From Moniliella sp. 'wahieum' (Eukaryota): a DNA stretch of 64,000 nucleotides. A program made the translations under genes and the position numbers. The notes below the pieces were generated by a model. It was given only the letters and a program-made list of their open reading frames with translations, ran no database searches and had not been told where the DNA came from. This document shows positions 24,993-38,600 of the stretch, piece after piece. Positions within the stretch are counted from its first letter, which is position 1; each line of letters begins with the position of its first letter. The stretch spans positions 186,001 through 250,000 of the forward strand of contig RSEE01000078.1 in the NCBI GenBank assembly GCA_003971905.1, in the 5' to 3' direction.

Positions 24993-27900
24993 ACTCCCTA
25001 CGACGGGAAAGGTGGATTCCAGGCTATGTGGGACTCTGCTTTCCCAGAAAATTCACACATGTTGAACCTCCTCCCCTGCTCCTGACGGGTGACCCTCCTC
25101 TACCTCTCCTGCCCCGCTCGATTGAGGCAGATGCTGTCGCGTTGCTTGCTGTCAATCTGGTTAGCTTCCCTAGCTAGCAGGTCCACTTTTCTGTTGGAAG
25201 GAATAAGGTGGCGCTCGCGACCACCTGTAAAACATGCGCATGATGCACCCATCACGGCCCCATCCCCGAAGCGGAGCGACTATGATTAGGCGAGCGCTCT
25301 CTAGACCTTGCAAGCTCTTCAGTACCCGTAAAGCTTGCAGGACGGGGACAGTACAACGTGCAAGCCAGATGTAAAGCTACTTGATGATAAAAATGGCCGG
25401 CGGAGAGATCACATGCATTCCAACTGTCTACGCACGGAGCGGGCTCAGTTCCAGAGGCTGTGAGATGTTCGAGGCAGAGTGGTCAGTATGCTGTCTACAG
25501 CCGAGAAAGAATGATTGCGCACAAGTTCAGGTGCCTTCCACGCGAGCCAATCGCTGCTAGCGGTCGGCAGCAACCCCATGCTGGAGCACTTCCACACGCC
25601 CAGAGCAAACAAGCCCAAGTTACAGAGGATAAAGACAATCTTTTGAAGGAGGAGCGAGACGCCAGGTGAGTTAAAGCGTGAAAAGGCTGGACGAAAAGAA
25701 AGGTTAGTTGGGATTAGTCGGGATGCCTAGTAGGCTTGGAGACGGGGGGAGAGGGCCAAACCAAACGAACCTTTTCTGTGGAGGCCACACCATTGAGCGA
25801 GCTCTTGAAGAGCATGCCGATCGAAAGCATACTGAAGATTTGAACAGTGCTTCCTGACATGTAGAGCATGATGGCCTGCATGGGGATCTGCTTGGCAGGC
25901 GAGGTAGCCAGCTCCCATGACTTGGCAACGAGAATTTCACCACTGTTGCCAGCCTGGGCTACTAGGTCTTTGCCCTTTCCCTTCTATCAACCGTCATTGT
26001 CAGTCCCTGCTTGAGCACCAACACAGCGAAAATAGAAAAGTCCAGCCTTTTTGTCAATAAACCAACTGGGTGAACCCGGGAGGGTTAAGGCCTGGGCTCG
26101 AAGCCTTGACCAAGCTGGTGGAGCTGGGGCGATAGCACGTGGGGGGGGGGGGCAACGGCGTGTCAGAATCGGGAGCAAAAAAGCCAGAGCAGAGGGAAAA
26201 TGCATACGCATGGCGGGGGAATGGCCTGAGCCCAATCAAGCAGCGACATGCCAGTTCCAGTGGAGTAAGATAACCGGGGGCGGATGGTGGCAGGGGTGGG
26301 GTGGACGTTGTGGACAGTGGCGCACGGGGCGCTCACTGGTGCGTCTGCTGGCCATCGACTTGTGTGGATCGAGGGATAATCAATTGAAATGTGCGCCGCC
26401 CAGGCCACTCCTCAGGAGGCCTGACTGGCACTCTATCTAGGCACCAGGGACCGCCTCGCGCGTACTGGACACTGGGTACTGACGTAATTAGCAGGGGCAA
26501 CGCCAAACGAAGGTGGCAGCTGTCAGCGCTCAGCTTTCGTCGGTCCTACCATGTTTCAGGGTGTGGGCTGGAGCCACAGCCTGCCACAGCACTGCCGCAC
26601 CCCCCCGGAAGCCAAGTGGGTCATAGGAGGCAGCTCGTTCCCAATGCAGTCCCCGTATTCTCGTCTTCAAAACCGGTCTCTAGCACCGCAGACCATCAGA
26701 GCACTGACCTCTCCCCCCCTTTCATCCAGAGATGGTCTTCACCGGTCTCAATAAGGAAAAAGGACGGTAGTGACCTGATGTTCACTTTCTTCAAGGAAGC
26801 GGCCACCTTCTATAATGCGATCATTGTTAGCCGCAAGCAAGCTTTCAGCTTATTGGCCGGGCCACAAGGCATTGTGATCAGCAGATTGAAGGTAGGCATC
26901 CCACCCTTTTATAGCTCCCTTTCTAGCCAATGGCGACAAAAAAAAGGAGACAATAGTGGGTCGGCTTTACAGAATCTTGTTGTAGTTGTTGAGTAGATAT
27001 AGCTTCTGGCACGATCATCAGATCTCGCAGCGGTCGCAAGAGATAGGTATAAGCTCTGTCGTCTTTCGTAAAATCGTTCGAAAATACGAGAAGTTCCCGA
27101 GAAGCAGGACAGCAGTTATGTGTAACGCAGCAGAAGAATGCGAGACCAATAAGCGAATGCTGCTTCAAGCATCAAATGGAGCAAGATAGACCGGGAAAAG
27201 GGGGAGAGGGAGTGGTGAAAAAGAAGGAAAGAACCAAGAGAGAGAAGAAAAGGCTGCATGCATACCAGTATATAGGTTACACACACGCGTGCTAGAGGGG
27301 ATCTTGACAAGCTTTGGTAAAAATACTGACAATAACTCGACTCCAGAGAGGTGGTTATGGTTTCCTTTCTGGCTCAGGCCAGGGCTACTTGGACCGTCCC
27401 AAGACGGAAGAAACGCTTTGCTTATATGGGCATGTGGGCAGCCGTCGCAGTTTCCTCCTCTCTGACCCGGACCCGGGATGCTTTGGCCGTCCCTTGGCCG
27501 GCGGTGCTGTGCTTGCGATGCGTACTAATCACTTTCAAACGGCTCTTTTGACCCACCGTTGATGCTAGTCTCCGAGGCGGGTGGACTAGTCATTATCATG
27601 TTTTGTGTGGCGAATTTTGTCTCTTTTATTATTGTGGCTTGCTAAACTTGACTCATCGTTGTGGTCTTTCCTCCAAGTTGAATTGACTTCTATGGCTTTA
27701 CTACTTCCAACTCGATGGTTTTACTGTTCGACCTCGACTTCGGTTCAACTTGGCATGTCGCGTACTATATACCCCAAGTTGACTCGATCTCCACGGCTTT
27801 TTACACACTTTTCGTCCTTACCTCCACACACCTTGAATATATACTGTTTCTTTCCCCGCAACGACTTGGGCAATATCGCTTCCCCACTATGGCTTTCTTT

Positions 27901-30700
27901 CACTTTTTCACCAGAGGCGAGGGGGAGGCATTGATTTCTCCTTTCATCCATGCCGTTTCCCTCGGCCGAGGACCACCACCACCCGTCGAGCTCACCGAAG
28001 GGGGCGTTAGATGGTAGTAGAGTATATAGGGTTTATTCCCCTGCGCGGCCCTCAAGTTGATCAGTTGAGACGCTCACCTAACCGGGCGAACGAGTTCCGC
28101 TCATAGCCCGCACACCCTGTGCTCATCGCTCCAGCTCCCTCTTCTGTCTCCTGTTTCCATTGCAATTCAGACGTCGCTTGAAAAGGTTTCTGCATCTCAC
28201 CACTTTGCCTTCACGCCTTGTCTGACGACGGCTGCTTTGCACCTCATTCCATAGGATCGACAAGTGCTCAGTCCCTAGCCGCACTCCAGCATCGAAACTT
28301 GTACAGAAAATGCGGTGTCCGTGTAATATAGCTCTCCTCGTAAACAAAATCGTGCACAGGATAGTTGCTGGCCCGGGGAAGACACTTCCCAACAGAGATT
28401 ATCATGTGTCAGGCCATCCAAGAGGCATACCAGGCCCAGAGCTCCAGTGCGCCCAATGGGCATTAGGGCGGTGCAGTGTCAAATTCATTGGGCCTCCAGA
28501 ACCAGTACTAGTGCCTGTGTCCGACCGAGAGGAGCTTAGACGCCGGGGATATCAGGGAAGAGGGAATGGTGCTGTGGGTCTGGGCGGAGGGCCCCCAACA
28601 GCGCGGCCGCTTGAGTGTGTGACATGCAACGTGTGCTGGCGGGTGGTGTGTGACATGTGACATGTGGCATCACATGTGTTATTGACATATTGACATCGAT
28701 AACTGAGTACACTCAGTACACTAAGACTCGGTACGTACTCAGTAATACCCAGTGTACTCAGTCGATTGAAGCGATGTGCCATCGGGGATCTGCAATGCCC
28801 CGGATGCATTGCTGATTAATTGAGTGGTGGCCTGCACGCCGTGGCTTTGTGACGCGTGACGCGTTGCATGCATGTGACACATGTGGCAAGAGTCACTTGC
28901 TAGGGGAGGCGCTTCGATGTTTGTGCAGCCGAGCGTTGCAAGGGCCGACTGCACCGCCTCTCCATTCTCAAGGCATCATGCATCCTGTGCATCAACTCGC
29001 ATTCCGCCTGTCGCAACCATCATCACCACTGTCTTACGTGCCCACCTGTCACAGGTCACATCTATGTTGCTCAGCGCTCACATGCACACGGGTCAGTTTT
29101 TGCCGTTTGCGTGTATACTGCGGTGCAGGACAGGCCTGGGCGCCTGAGCGCCTGAGCGCCTCCGCCCTCTCTTCTGAGATCTCAATCCCACCTTCGAAGC
29201 CTTTGATCTCTCTGTTTTCAATTTCACCATCTATCTACTGACTGCATTATCCGCATTGCTGCTCGGAAAATAGGCACGCCAAACGCCAACAGCATATCAC
29301 TGTTCGTTCAACACGTTGAACTGATATAGTTGAGGATCCATCTCTTTTCACCAACAGACTATTCCAGAACTGGAAGGAGCGAGCTATAAGTTCCGACCCA
29401 GAGAGCCAGTGGAAACCCGGGGAAGACCAGGCCCGGCCTACTAGCTCAGGCCTTTGACCACCTTTTCCTTCTACGCCCACGCTCCCGTCTCCACAAGAGC
29501 TGAGAGGAGGTACAAGGCCCACAGCAAAAGCATTATTATAGTACCTCTTCAACAGGATGGTATTGGGGTTACGTGAACGACAAGCGTTCGCATGGTATTT
29601 ATTGGCATGCACAGCCTAATCCCGTTTGGCAGAATGCTAACCGGTAAGCCTGGCAGCCATTACATGTTACAATTACGGGCCTGAGGCCTGAATGGAACGG
29701 GTACGATCGAAGAGAGCGCGGGATGGCAGGGTGCAGTAGTCAGTCAGTCCGTATCAATGCAGTAGTGAATGGGCCTCTCCATGCTGGGGATCGTCTTCTC
29801 GCGCCTGGGTGGTCATGCCTCAGGCAGGGATCCAGAATGAATGGTGCCGAGATCGAGATGAGAGAGAGGGAAGAGATGTCCGTTTAGGGAGAGGCTTGGA
29901 GTTTATGAGATCGATGAGAGGTATGTCGTGCGCTCTCTTCTCGGTGGGTTTAACGTTTAACGTTCAAACGCTCGTGTTCCGATCTCAGTTCTCAATTCTC
30001 ATCGAATCATCTTGAAGAAGAATTGAGATGATCGCCATACGGTGCCCCCAAGACTCGCAACCGCTAGTACGGCATGGGGTGTGTGTGTGAAGACAACGGC
30101 CAGGAGTGGATGGAACTTTTGAGCAGCGCGCAGTGGTTAATGGGGGTGAGCGCTGAGCTCGAGAAGAATGCTGCTGTACGCGGTTGCGACGGCGTTGTCC
30201 CACCCTACAGGGCGCGGCAGGCTGTGTGTCTCGCGCCGTGCCGGCTGCGCGATTGAGATGGTTGTAAATCCAGTTGGAACCACGTCGAACGTCGAATGTC
30301 CCCCGCCCATAGTTCCTAGCGATGCCACGTAGTCATCGATGAGACCATCCGTTCAGTCACGCGGGCCCGGTCATCGATCATCCATCACGATCGGACGGCA
30401 GCGCACGGGGAGTGTGCGCGCTAATTGCGCCTGGCACATCGGTGCGCACACAGCCGATGATTACTTTAGAGCCCAGCTGGTCGTTTAGTACCCAAACTGG
30501 GCATGCTAACATTAAAGTACGCTCATATCCATGGGCACCATCACTTTGTCACTTCACAGCCCTGGCCAAAGACCCTTTCAACCCAGCCTCGCTCGTCCCC
30601 TCGTTGAAGCTGGCGGAGACATCAAGCTTCACTGGCTCCTCTTCTATCAGATTCCAGCCCCTCCCCTCGACTCTTCCACCATCTATTCCTCACCAACATA

Positions 30701-32832
30701 CATGGCAACACCGCTCATCCTCCGCCTCGTTCCGCCGCTGTGCTCTCACGAGCCACGACAGCAGCGTTTGCAGACAGCGACGACAGCCTCGAAGAGCAAC
30801 TCCACAGCTCCCCGCTCTCTCCACGCACTCAATCCCACGAATGCCCTCGTTGCCAGCTCCCGCCGGTGTACCTCAGCCCATGGCATCAAACTCGCCCGTC
30901 GCCTCTCGCCCGCACCATGGGAAGAAGACACACCCAGCACACCAACGCGAAGACTACGCCAATGCGCCTTCCCCTACCCTCTCTCCAACATGCTGCTCGC
31001 CCCGAAACCATGGCGGCGGCCTCGATTGAACCCTTTTCTTTTCATCATCCAGTCCCTCCGGCCCCCACCACGTTCAAGAACAAGGTCCCCCGATCCCCTG
31101 CGACGTTCTAAAGAGTCATTGCCGCGGTGCCATCCAAGAATCCCCCTCCCGCAGCACTCCAACATTTCCCTTCTCTGCCGCCAGCAGCCCCAGTGTTTCT
31201 TCATCACTGTTGCTTCCGCTCCTTCGCCCTCGTTTGCGCGATACACAGCAGTTGCCGCCAGTACTCAAGGCCAACTCTATGTTGAGCCTGGCCTCCAATT
31301 CCTGATCACCCACCCACCTTCTGTCTACGGTCATCATCCCTCCCCTCTTGGGAAGTCCCATCAGTCCGTCAAGTCCAACATGTTGGTCCCCTTCGACTCC
31401 TACCTCCACACCATGTCTGCTACCCTCGCGCTTTCCCGCGATTTCAGGCATCACATTTCCACCTTCCGACAAAGAAGACTCGATTCTTTCTCGCGCCAAT
31501 ATGGTCGCGGCGGAAGCACCTCTTATTAATCCAGATTCCACTGTTTCCTTCTCCGCGTCAAACAGCGCCGTCTTCTCTCTACCCTTCCTCTGGTGGCATC
31601 TCCACGCCGATCAGCCATTCTGACATCTACAGCCCAGGGACTGGAAGCAACCCAGCTGTGGGCCATTCACTCTCACCAACTAAGGAGGCCTCTTCAATCT
31701 CTAGTAACCAGATTACCAGATTTGGAACCCGGACCCTCTCGCTGCGCCCGTCACGATCTTTATTTCTCTCTTCGCTCGTTCCAAGGCTGCTGTCACTAGG
31801 TCTTATACACCTCAACGGCCGGCCCCATTGGCCCCAGGACAATTGAGCCCTGCGGCCCACTTGTCTTCTGATCGATCAATCAGCGGATCTCCACTGGACA
31901 ACTTTTCGCCAACGGCCCCGAGTTTTTGTTCCTCATGGACGCCTGCACCTCTCCCTCCCAACTTTGAGAACAAGCCTTCTATGATCAAATCCCGGCCTGA
32001 GGCTGCCTTGAAACACGCCAGGTGCGACGGCGGCAGGTCTGCTCACCAGGGCTGTCAGGACGGACCACAGTTGGAGCTACCCTTGTCAGCAACCATGCAA
32101 AACTTCACTCAACCCAACTTCATGAACTCCTCTGTATTGGATCTCGTTTCCGCAACGGGAGAGGAATGTGACGCCACTCTTCTCCAACACCCACCGTACG
32201 CCAATTGCTGTGAGCCCCAGATCGCTACCCCGAAGTAAGAGTGCCTCCCAGCTCTCGGTGGGCATTAACCCTTCATCATATCGGTATGATGGCGGTCTGA
32301 ACATGCCCGCAGCTTGGCTTGCAATGCAACCTCCCTTCGAACGGATCCAGTACCATCCGGGTTCGGCGTGGCCGGGATCAAGACTCATTAAAAATCATCC
32401 CTCCCGCTACCCAACTTGCACCCTTATTCCTCCCCATGTTCATGGGGAAGTACAAAGTCAGGATCTATCCCAGTGCCTCCTTCCATTGCCGTGCATTCAG
32501 TACCCCTTTCAGCTTCGGACGGAACTACTGCAGGATGCACCACCGTTCAATCTTCCCGATTAGACGAACACTCGAAGTCACTATTTCCTCCTGCCTCCAG
32601 TCCTTCGTCGGAACATCTTACTCTCGCTTCCAGCCAATCTTTTGCCACCCTCGGCAGTGCACACGCTCGTGCCGCCTTGGTATCCCGCTCGATCCAACTA
32701 GAGACTGAAATTCGTCAGCTCTCCACTCAACTTTGGGGAGTTCGGTTGGCCCTTGGTCCCAGGCGCCAACGGGGTGCCCAAGCTGCGATGGAATCCTCAG
32801 TTGATGGTTTGCATTTGGACCCACAAAGTTGA
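30701..32832 (+). CDS. Ser/Pro-rich hypothetical protein with a C-terminal coiled-coil-like segment
   Basis: Chain of overlapping + ORFs ending in 'RAALVSRSIQLETEIRQLSTQLWGVRLAL...DPQS*'. Start uncertain. Confidence 0.45.
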
Positions 32833-32913
32833 TTAATGTCCCTCCTCTCCCTCGCGTGCTCCTTCCTACACATTCTATCTCATTACCTTCAGATATCCAG
32901 AAGAGACAAACAC

Positions 32914-34525
32914 TTATCTAACGCTTTCATATCGTGGGCGACGGGATACCTCGTGAATGATCTGGTGGCTTGTATATAGGGAATGCCTTCCGCAGCAAGC
33001 TCGTACAACCGTCCAGCTGCACCTCCAACCTCTTGGCTTCATGCCGGAGTAAGATACTGACAATCGAATTACCCCCGCCTTCAGAATCGCCTCGACTTCC
33101 GGGGTCATATAGCCCACAGTTGCAATCCCGGCTTGGTGCTCGGATTGGAATGCATCATTCCAGTTGAATCCGCCCGCTCGCATGCGAACGAGCTCATCAA
33201 GCAAAAACTGGTTCCCACCCGGCGTGGACGTCGGGGCCCCAGCAGCCAAGGAGCGGGGATGGGTGACCGACCAAAGTGTGGCCAGTTGCGCATCGGGGCC
33301 GGTGCCCTTGGCGGGCACGGCGGAGGAAGAGGCGGCAATGTACGGAGCATGCGACGGGATCCAAGACCGTGCATCCTGCACCGCCGCTAACGGTCCGGAC
33401 AAATCCTTCAACATCTCTGGTTTGAACCCGCGAGGCCCCCAGAGACGAGCCTGTTCCGACTGTTGCCCCCCTTCCTTCTTAGTCCCGCGCTTGGACGAGG
33501 CCGAGGCGGCACCAATCAAACTAGCCAACTTATGCTCGGCACGCTCAGCAAACTCTTGTTCTACTGCTGCCTCATTCCGTTCTCGTTCCAATCGCCTTTG
33601 CTCTGCAGCGGCGGCATGGCGCTGGGCCATGTCGGCTGGGGTGAGGATACCTTGTTCCAACAGCCGTACGGCCTCCTTGCTCTCCGCCTCCTTGTCCATC
33701 TTGTCTCTCTCATCCAACGCCACCAACCGGGCCCGCTTTGCCAACCGCTCCTCGCGTTGCATCGCGTCAATTTGTTGCGACAACTCTGTCTCGCGCATCG
33801 CTGAGCGCTCGTGTGCGCCTACGCCACCGCGAGACGCTGCCTTCTGACCTTCGATCCAGGCACGCGCATTGGCTTCGTCAATGTGATGAACAAGGTTGTG
33901 GGTGACCGTCTCGACCTTGTCCAGGTAATCGTTGTAGGCATTCAAGTCGCCACCGAAATCCTCCAGATTGCGGAAACAAATCTTGGCAATCTGTTGCCGC
34001 AACACCATTCCCGTTCCACGTCCAAGTCCTCAAACGTCTGGGACGCAAATTCGTTTTTCCGTACAATCGTCCCGCACACCGGACACGGGGCCGGTCCCAA
34101 GAGAAAGATGCGATCAATACAGCTTTCGCACATCTTGTGGAAACATGGGCCCACCAACAAACGCAGTTTCGGATTAAGATACCGATCGGTCATGCACTGC
34201 GTACACTTGTCATCCGGCGAACTCCATTCAACAATCCGACCACTCGTGTCGCGCTGTCGTGCGCCGTCCAGCCCCACGATCATCGCCCCACCCAACAACG
34301 AGTTGGCACCCCGCCCGCATGGTTCCGTCCCCCGCTGGATCCACCGCCGCGCGGCGGCGCACCACGCCGCGCAGCTACACCGCCCCGCCCGGCTGTGGGC
34401 GGAGTGGAGCGGGCAGAGCTAGGGGCGGATCCGATCCGGATACCGGCAATGGATATTCCGCCTCTTCCACCACGCGAGGCGGCACTCCCGCCTCTAGAGG
34501 GCGCACTTCCCCCGCGGCGAGACAT
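32914..34525 (-). CDS. TFB3: TFIIH/CAK assembly factor MAT1 (RING finger)
   Basis: RING 'CTQCMTDRYLNPKLRLLVGPCFHKMCESCIDRIF..GPAPCPVC', then 'QTFEDLDVERE..LRQQI...EDF..DLNAYNDYL', coiled coil and 'RAGGF'. RGG-rich N-terminal extension. The true stop may lie nearer 33050. Confidence 0.93.
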
Positions 34526-35676
34526 GATAATCAAAAGGGGATGGTGGTGGCGGTGGTGGTGATGGTAGTGGGTGTGGTGGGTGTGGCAATGGCTTTGGCT
34601 TTGTCAACGGCAAGTCGAACCGCTTCCTTTCAAATTTCAATTGGGCACCTCGCCATCCATCCCACAGTCACTCAAAAGGCACCAGTCAACGTCAGCGCCA
34701 CCGAAGTTTCAAAACGGCAGTCGACAGTGGCCGATGATGCCATCGGATCAGCTCGACATCCATCCATCATGCATTGCGCGTTACTTGTACCAACAATCTT
34801 TCCTTTCCTTCCCGGAACTCCTTTACCAGCACTTCCACCCCTGCCCCTCCCCAACCACGACTGTAGAAAGTCCTGCCTGTTCAATTCTGAATACAGGGCA
34901 GATCGGAAAGGATTATACCAACTTTACCTTTTTGCACATCTGTCGTCCCCTCCGTTGTTCCTGTCGAGCTCATCGTACTGGAATACTTTCGGGGGAGGTG
35001 TACCAGTGAGTTGGTACATAGTATCTACTAGGCATTAAAAACCAGTACCCACTCGTCACCACTGCATCTACTGCCTCATTCCTCATTCCTGCCCCGTGGT
35101 TCATGCGAAGTAGGAGGCCGCGGAAAGGGTGTGCCTGATAGCTTTTTTGGAAAGGCCATCGGCGGCGGAACGGCCAACCCGAGACCGTCAGCTGTTTGCT
35201 CGCCTCGCTTGCCAGATCGGCAAGACTACCAATGATTATGTACCTTTTCGGGCGGTGGCAGTGGTACGTCGAGCCACGTCGAGCTCAAGCGGATCAGCCC
35301 TTCGGCGCTACACTTCAATCTGCAGCCCAACTGCAGGGCGAGGCGAGTGGCGAGGCTCCAGGAGCGACGCGAGGATGGCGGGGCACAAAAACGTTGGCGA
35401 GAAACATGTGAAACAGGGAGGAGAGGGGGGGGAAGGGTGCTTGTGGTCGGCATCAATGGGTGTATGAAAAGGGGGGAAAGGGAGGAAAGAGAAACGTATG
35501 GGGGTCGTCCAGTGGGGAGGGAGAAAAGGTCGTTCCCGGGAGACTGTTGAAAGCCCGCAACAGACTGCCCGATGAGAAAAGGAGTAGCTTAAGAAGAAGA
35601 GAACAGAGGGCGGGATATATGGACCGTAGAAGAAAGGGTATGTGGTGGGATGCACATGTCATAGATGACAAAGCTT

Positions 35677-38600
35677 TCAAGAGCCTTGCATCTTGCGGAG
35701 GAAGTTCTGGGCGGTACTAGGCGATGATTTGGGCTCCAATGCCAAGGACGTTTCGTAGGCCATCTTGAAAAAGGGAAAAAAGGCGTCAGTACCTGCGTCA
35801 AAGGGCCAAGCGAAACCAAGGGGGAGACATACCTCTTCTTCCAGAATAGGAACGTCAATCAAAAGCTGGGTCAAGTCGGTATGTTCGGGGGGCGGGCTGG
35901 AGCCAGCTTTTGTGCCTGGTCAAAGTCGAGATCGCATCGTCCATCAAGGCAAACTTGCGCCAATGCACCGCCCCATCCGCTTGCCGACGGGAAGGGTTGC
36001 CATCCGCGCTGGAGAGAATGTCGTGAAGGTGGACGCCAATGAAGGGGATGATGCGACCTGATGAATTTTCCAGGGCCAGACGGTACGCGGAGGAGGCCCG
36101 GGCGGGCCGCATGAGACGGTGGAGAGACAGGTAGCGCTTGTGCAGTTCCTTGTTCTCTTGAATAATCGCGCGGGTGCTCTTGAGCCGGTGAATGGACGAG
36201 CTGTCGAGGCCGGCCAGAACAGCATAGGTAATTGTTCAACACACGAAGTCGGACCGCCACCCGAATCAGCTTTTCCACCATCCGCACACGAGCCTTGATC
36301 TTTGGTTGGGCCAAAATCATCGACACAACCCAAGCGGACGTGTAATTGAAGTGGGTGATGCTCTGCGCTACCAGACCATGGGAAATGCGGTAGCGAGGCT
36401 TGACCAGCGCATGGCGCAGCCAGTCCCTTGGACCAATCACAGAGAAGAATGACCACTCAATCCTGGTCATCTCCTCTGCCAGATTTGCTTCGTCCACAAT
36501 AAGCACAGCATTGGAAACGGCCCGCAGCGACATGAGCCGCTTGCCTGCTGGAACCTCTCGCCCTCCCGAAGGCGGGCTCAGGCTGGTGGGCACCGCTGAG
36601 GTGGCCGAACTGGAGATGGACGCTGCACTGAACGACCTGGCACCCGTAGTGGAGGTCGAGGAGACTGTGTTAGAGCGAGGGTAGCCACCCGTTCCGATAG
36701 GTCGCAACGAAGAGCGTGGTTCCGACAAGAGTTCTTCATGTTGCTTGTCGGACCCTTTCGCCCCGCTCCCACCAACACCAGAGTCGGGCAAGATTGAACT
36801 ATTTGTCCGCCACGACTGAATGCTGACCTTGCCCGAAGAACCAGTGAGGACGGAAGCACTGCGTGCACGACTCTCCGCCTCAGAGGGGATAACCTTCAGC
36901 CCTTGAGCCGGGGCAAGAGAAGGGGCACTGCCGACGGTACTAGTCGGTTTGCCAGAGCTGGCAGCTCCACTCGACGACACACTGGCCCGTGGTGCCCCTG
37001 CATCGGAAATTGAGACCGAATTGGTAGTGGAGGTGGAGGTGCAGGCTGAGAACCTCTTGTTAGCCGTGGGAAGAGGGGACAAAGAGGGAGCTGCGGCTGG
37101 GGCCGAAGGCGAGAGCATCGATAGGCCAGAGGGGATAACGCCTCAAGCGCCCGTTTAGCTGATTCGGTCGACGGATCCTGCTTCTCTTCGGTTGAAGCAG
37201 TGGCCAAGACAGAGTGCTGGTACTGCTGGTGCCGCGCTGCAACCGACTCGGAAACCCCCATGTCGACCCAAGAGGAGGGCGACATTAAAAGCGCTGCTGA
37301 GGCATCGAGAGACCACATAATATCCAAGTCAATCTCTGACTGGCACAGGTCAAGGTCGGGTTGAAGCGTAACAATCATGGCCGAAGTGGCGGGATTTTGG
37401 GATATCGCCTGGACAAAGGTCGAGATCATAGGGGCCATAGTGGGGGGCGACAAGTCACCCGGGTACTGCCTGACCCAGTCGTGAAACACAGTCACAAGGC
37501 GCATGAGACCATGACGGACCAAGGCAGGGTTGCCCGCTGTCATGCCCGACGATGCCGGTGTCTGCTGAGCGCCCTCGTCGGCCAATGCGTCAAAGTGGCT
37601 AATAAACTCAGACAGAAGCAGCTCGGGCGAGGCAAAGGCGCGATAAAACACCAGCACAGCAGAGAGAAAATCGGGATCTGAGCCGGCGACCACTGCGAAG
37701 AAGAACGTTCCACTAGATCGGCCAGAGGAACATAGACGGGCTCTTTGGCCCTTGCCTTCTTTTTGCCAGAGGCCAGAGGGAAGTGCGAGTCATGGACAGC
37801 ACGGATCCGGCCGTGGAAACGGCAGCATCGCCGCCTTCGGACGTAATTACGCCCCGAGAGACGGACGTGCCGCCAATTTGGGTGGGCATAGAAGGGATAG
37901 AAACATGTTGGAGCATATCACCCGCATCGTCCTCGTCCTCGTCGTGCATCGGGTAAGACAGTGACGAGCTGGCGGTGGACAGGACCGAAGTGCGGCGGGA
38001 GGAGTGGGACCAAGCTGAACTGGAGACTTCATCCTCACTCTCGGCACCGTCAGGTGCAGCATCGGAGGCAGGCTCAACCTGGACTCCTCCATCATCTTCA
38101 GAGTCGGAGGAAGAGGAAGAGGATTCAGAAGGCCCAGTGAGAGCAATGGAGGCAAGGAAATCTGATATGGAAATGGCCTCTGGGCCAGGACCAGCAGCCT
38201 GCTCCTCCTCTTGCATGCGCTCGCGCTCCTCGTCGTTCAAATCGTCCGGATTCATCAGTCCCCCTGGAGAAGGAAAGAGACTTGGCATGAAGTGCGTAGT
38301 CCCTTTTCCGGCGCCCTTGCCCTCTTCAGTGGAGTGGAAGGTAGAAGAGGGAAGACTAGGCTGGTGGTGGTGTCGGTGACGGACAGTAGCCGTGGCATAA
38401 CCCAGCTGGAGATCGGCCTGATGCACCCGCTCTTGAGCCATAGAACGAAGGAGGTAATGGAATGCATCCTTCAAGCGTTTCTTGCTTTCCTCGCCAACGA
38501 TGGCTGCTGCTCCGGGAGGCGGGGCAGCAGTGCTGCATTCCGTAACACGAGCGCCAAATTTGGAGGCCAACTCGCGCACCAGGAACGGGTCGATTGCCTT

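Noticed and set aside
26923..27310. Small secreted effector on the minus strand
   Set aside because: No clean ATG + signal peptide + continuous frame could be assembled; unresolved without polishing.
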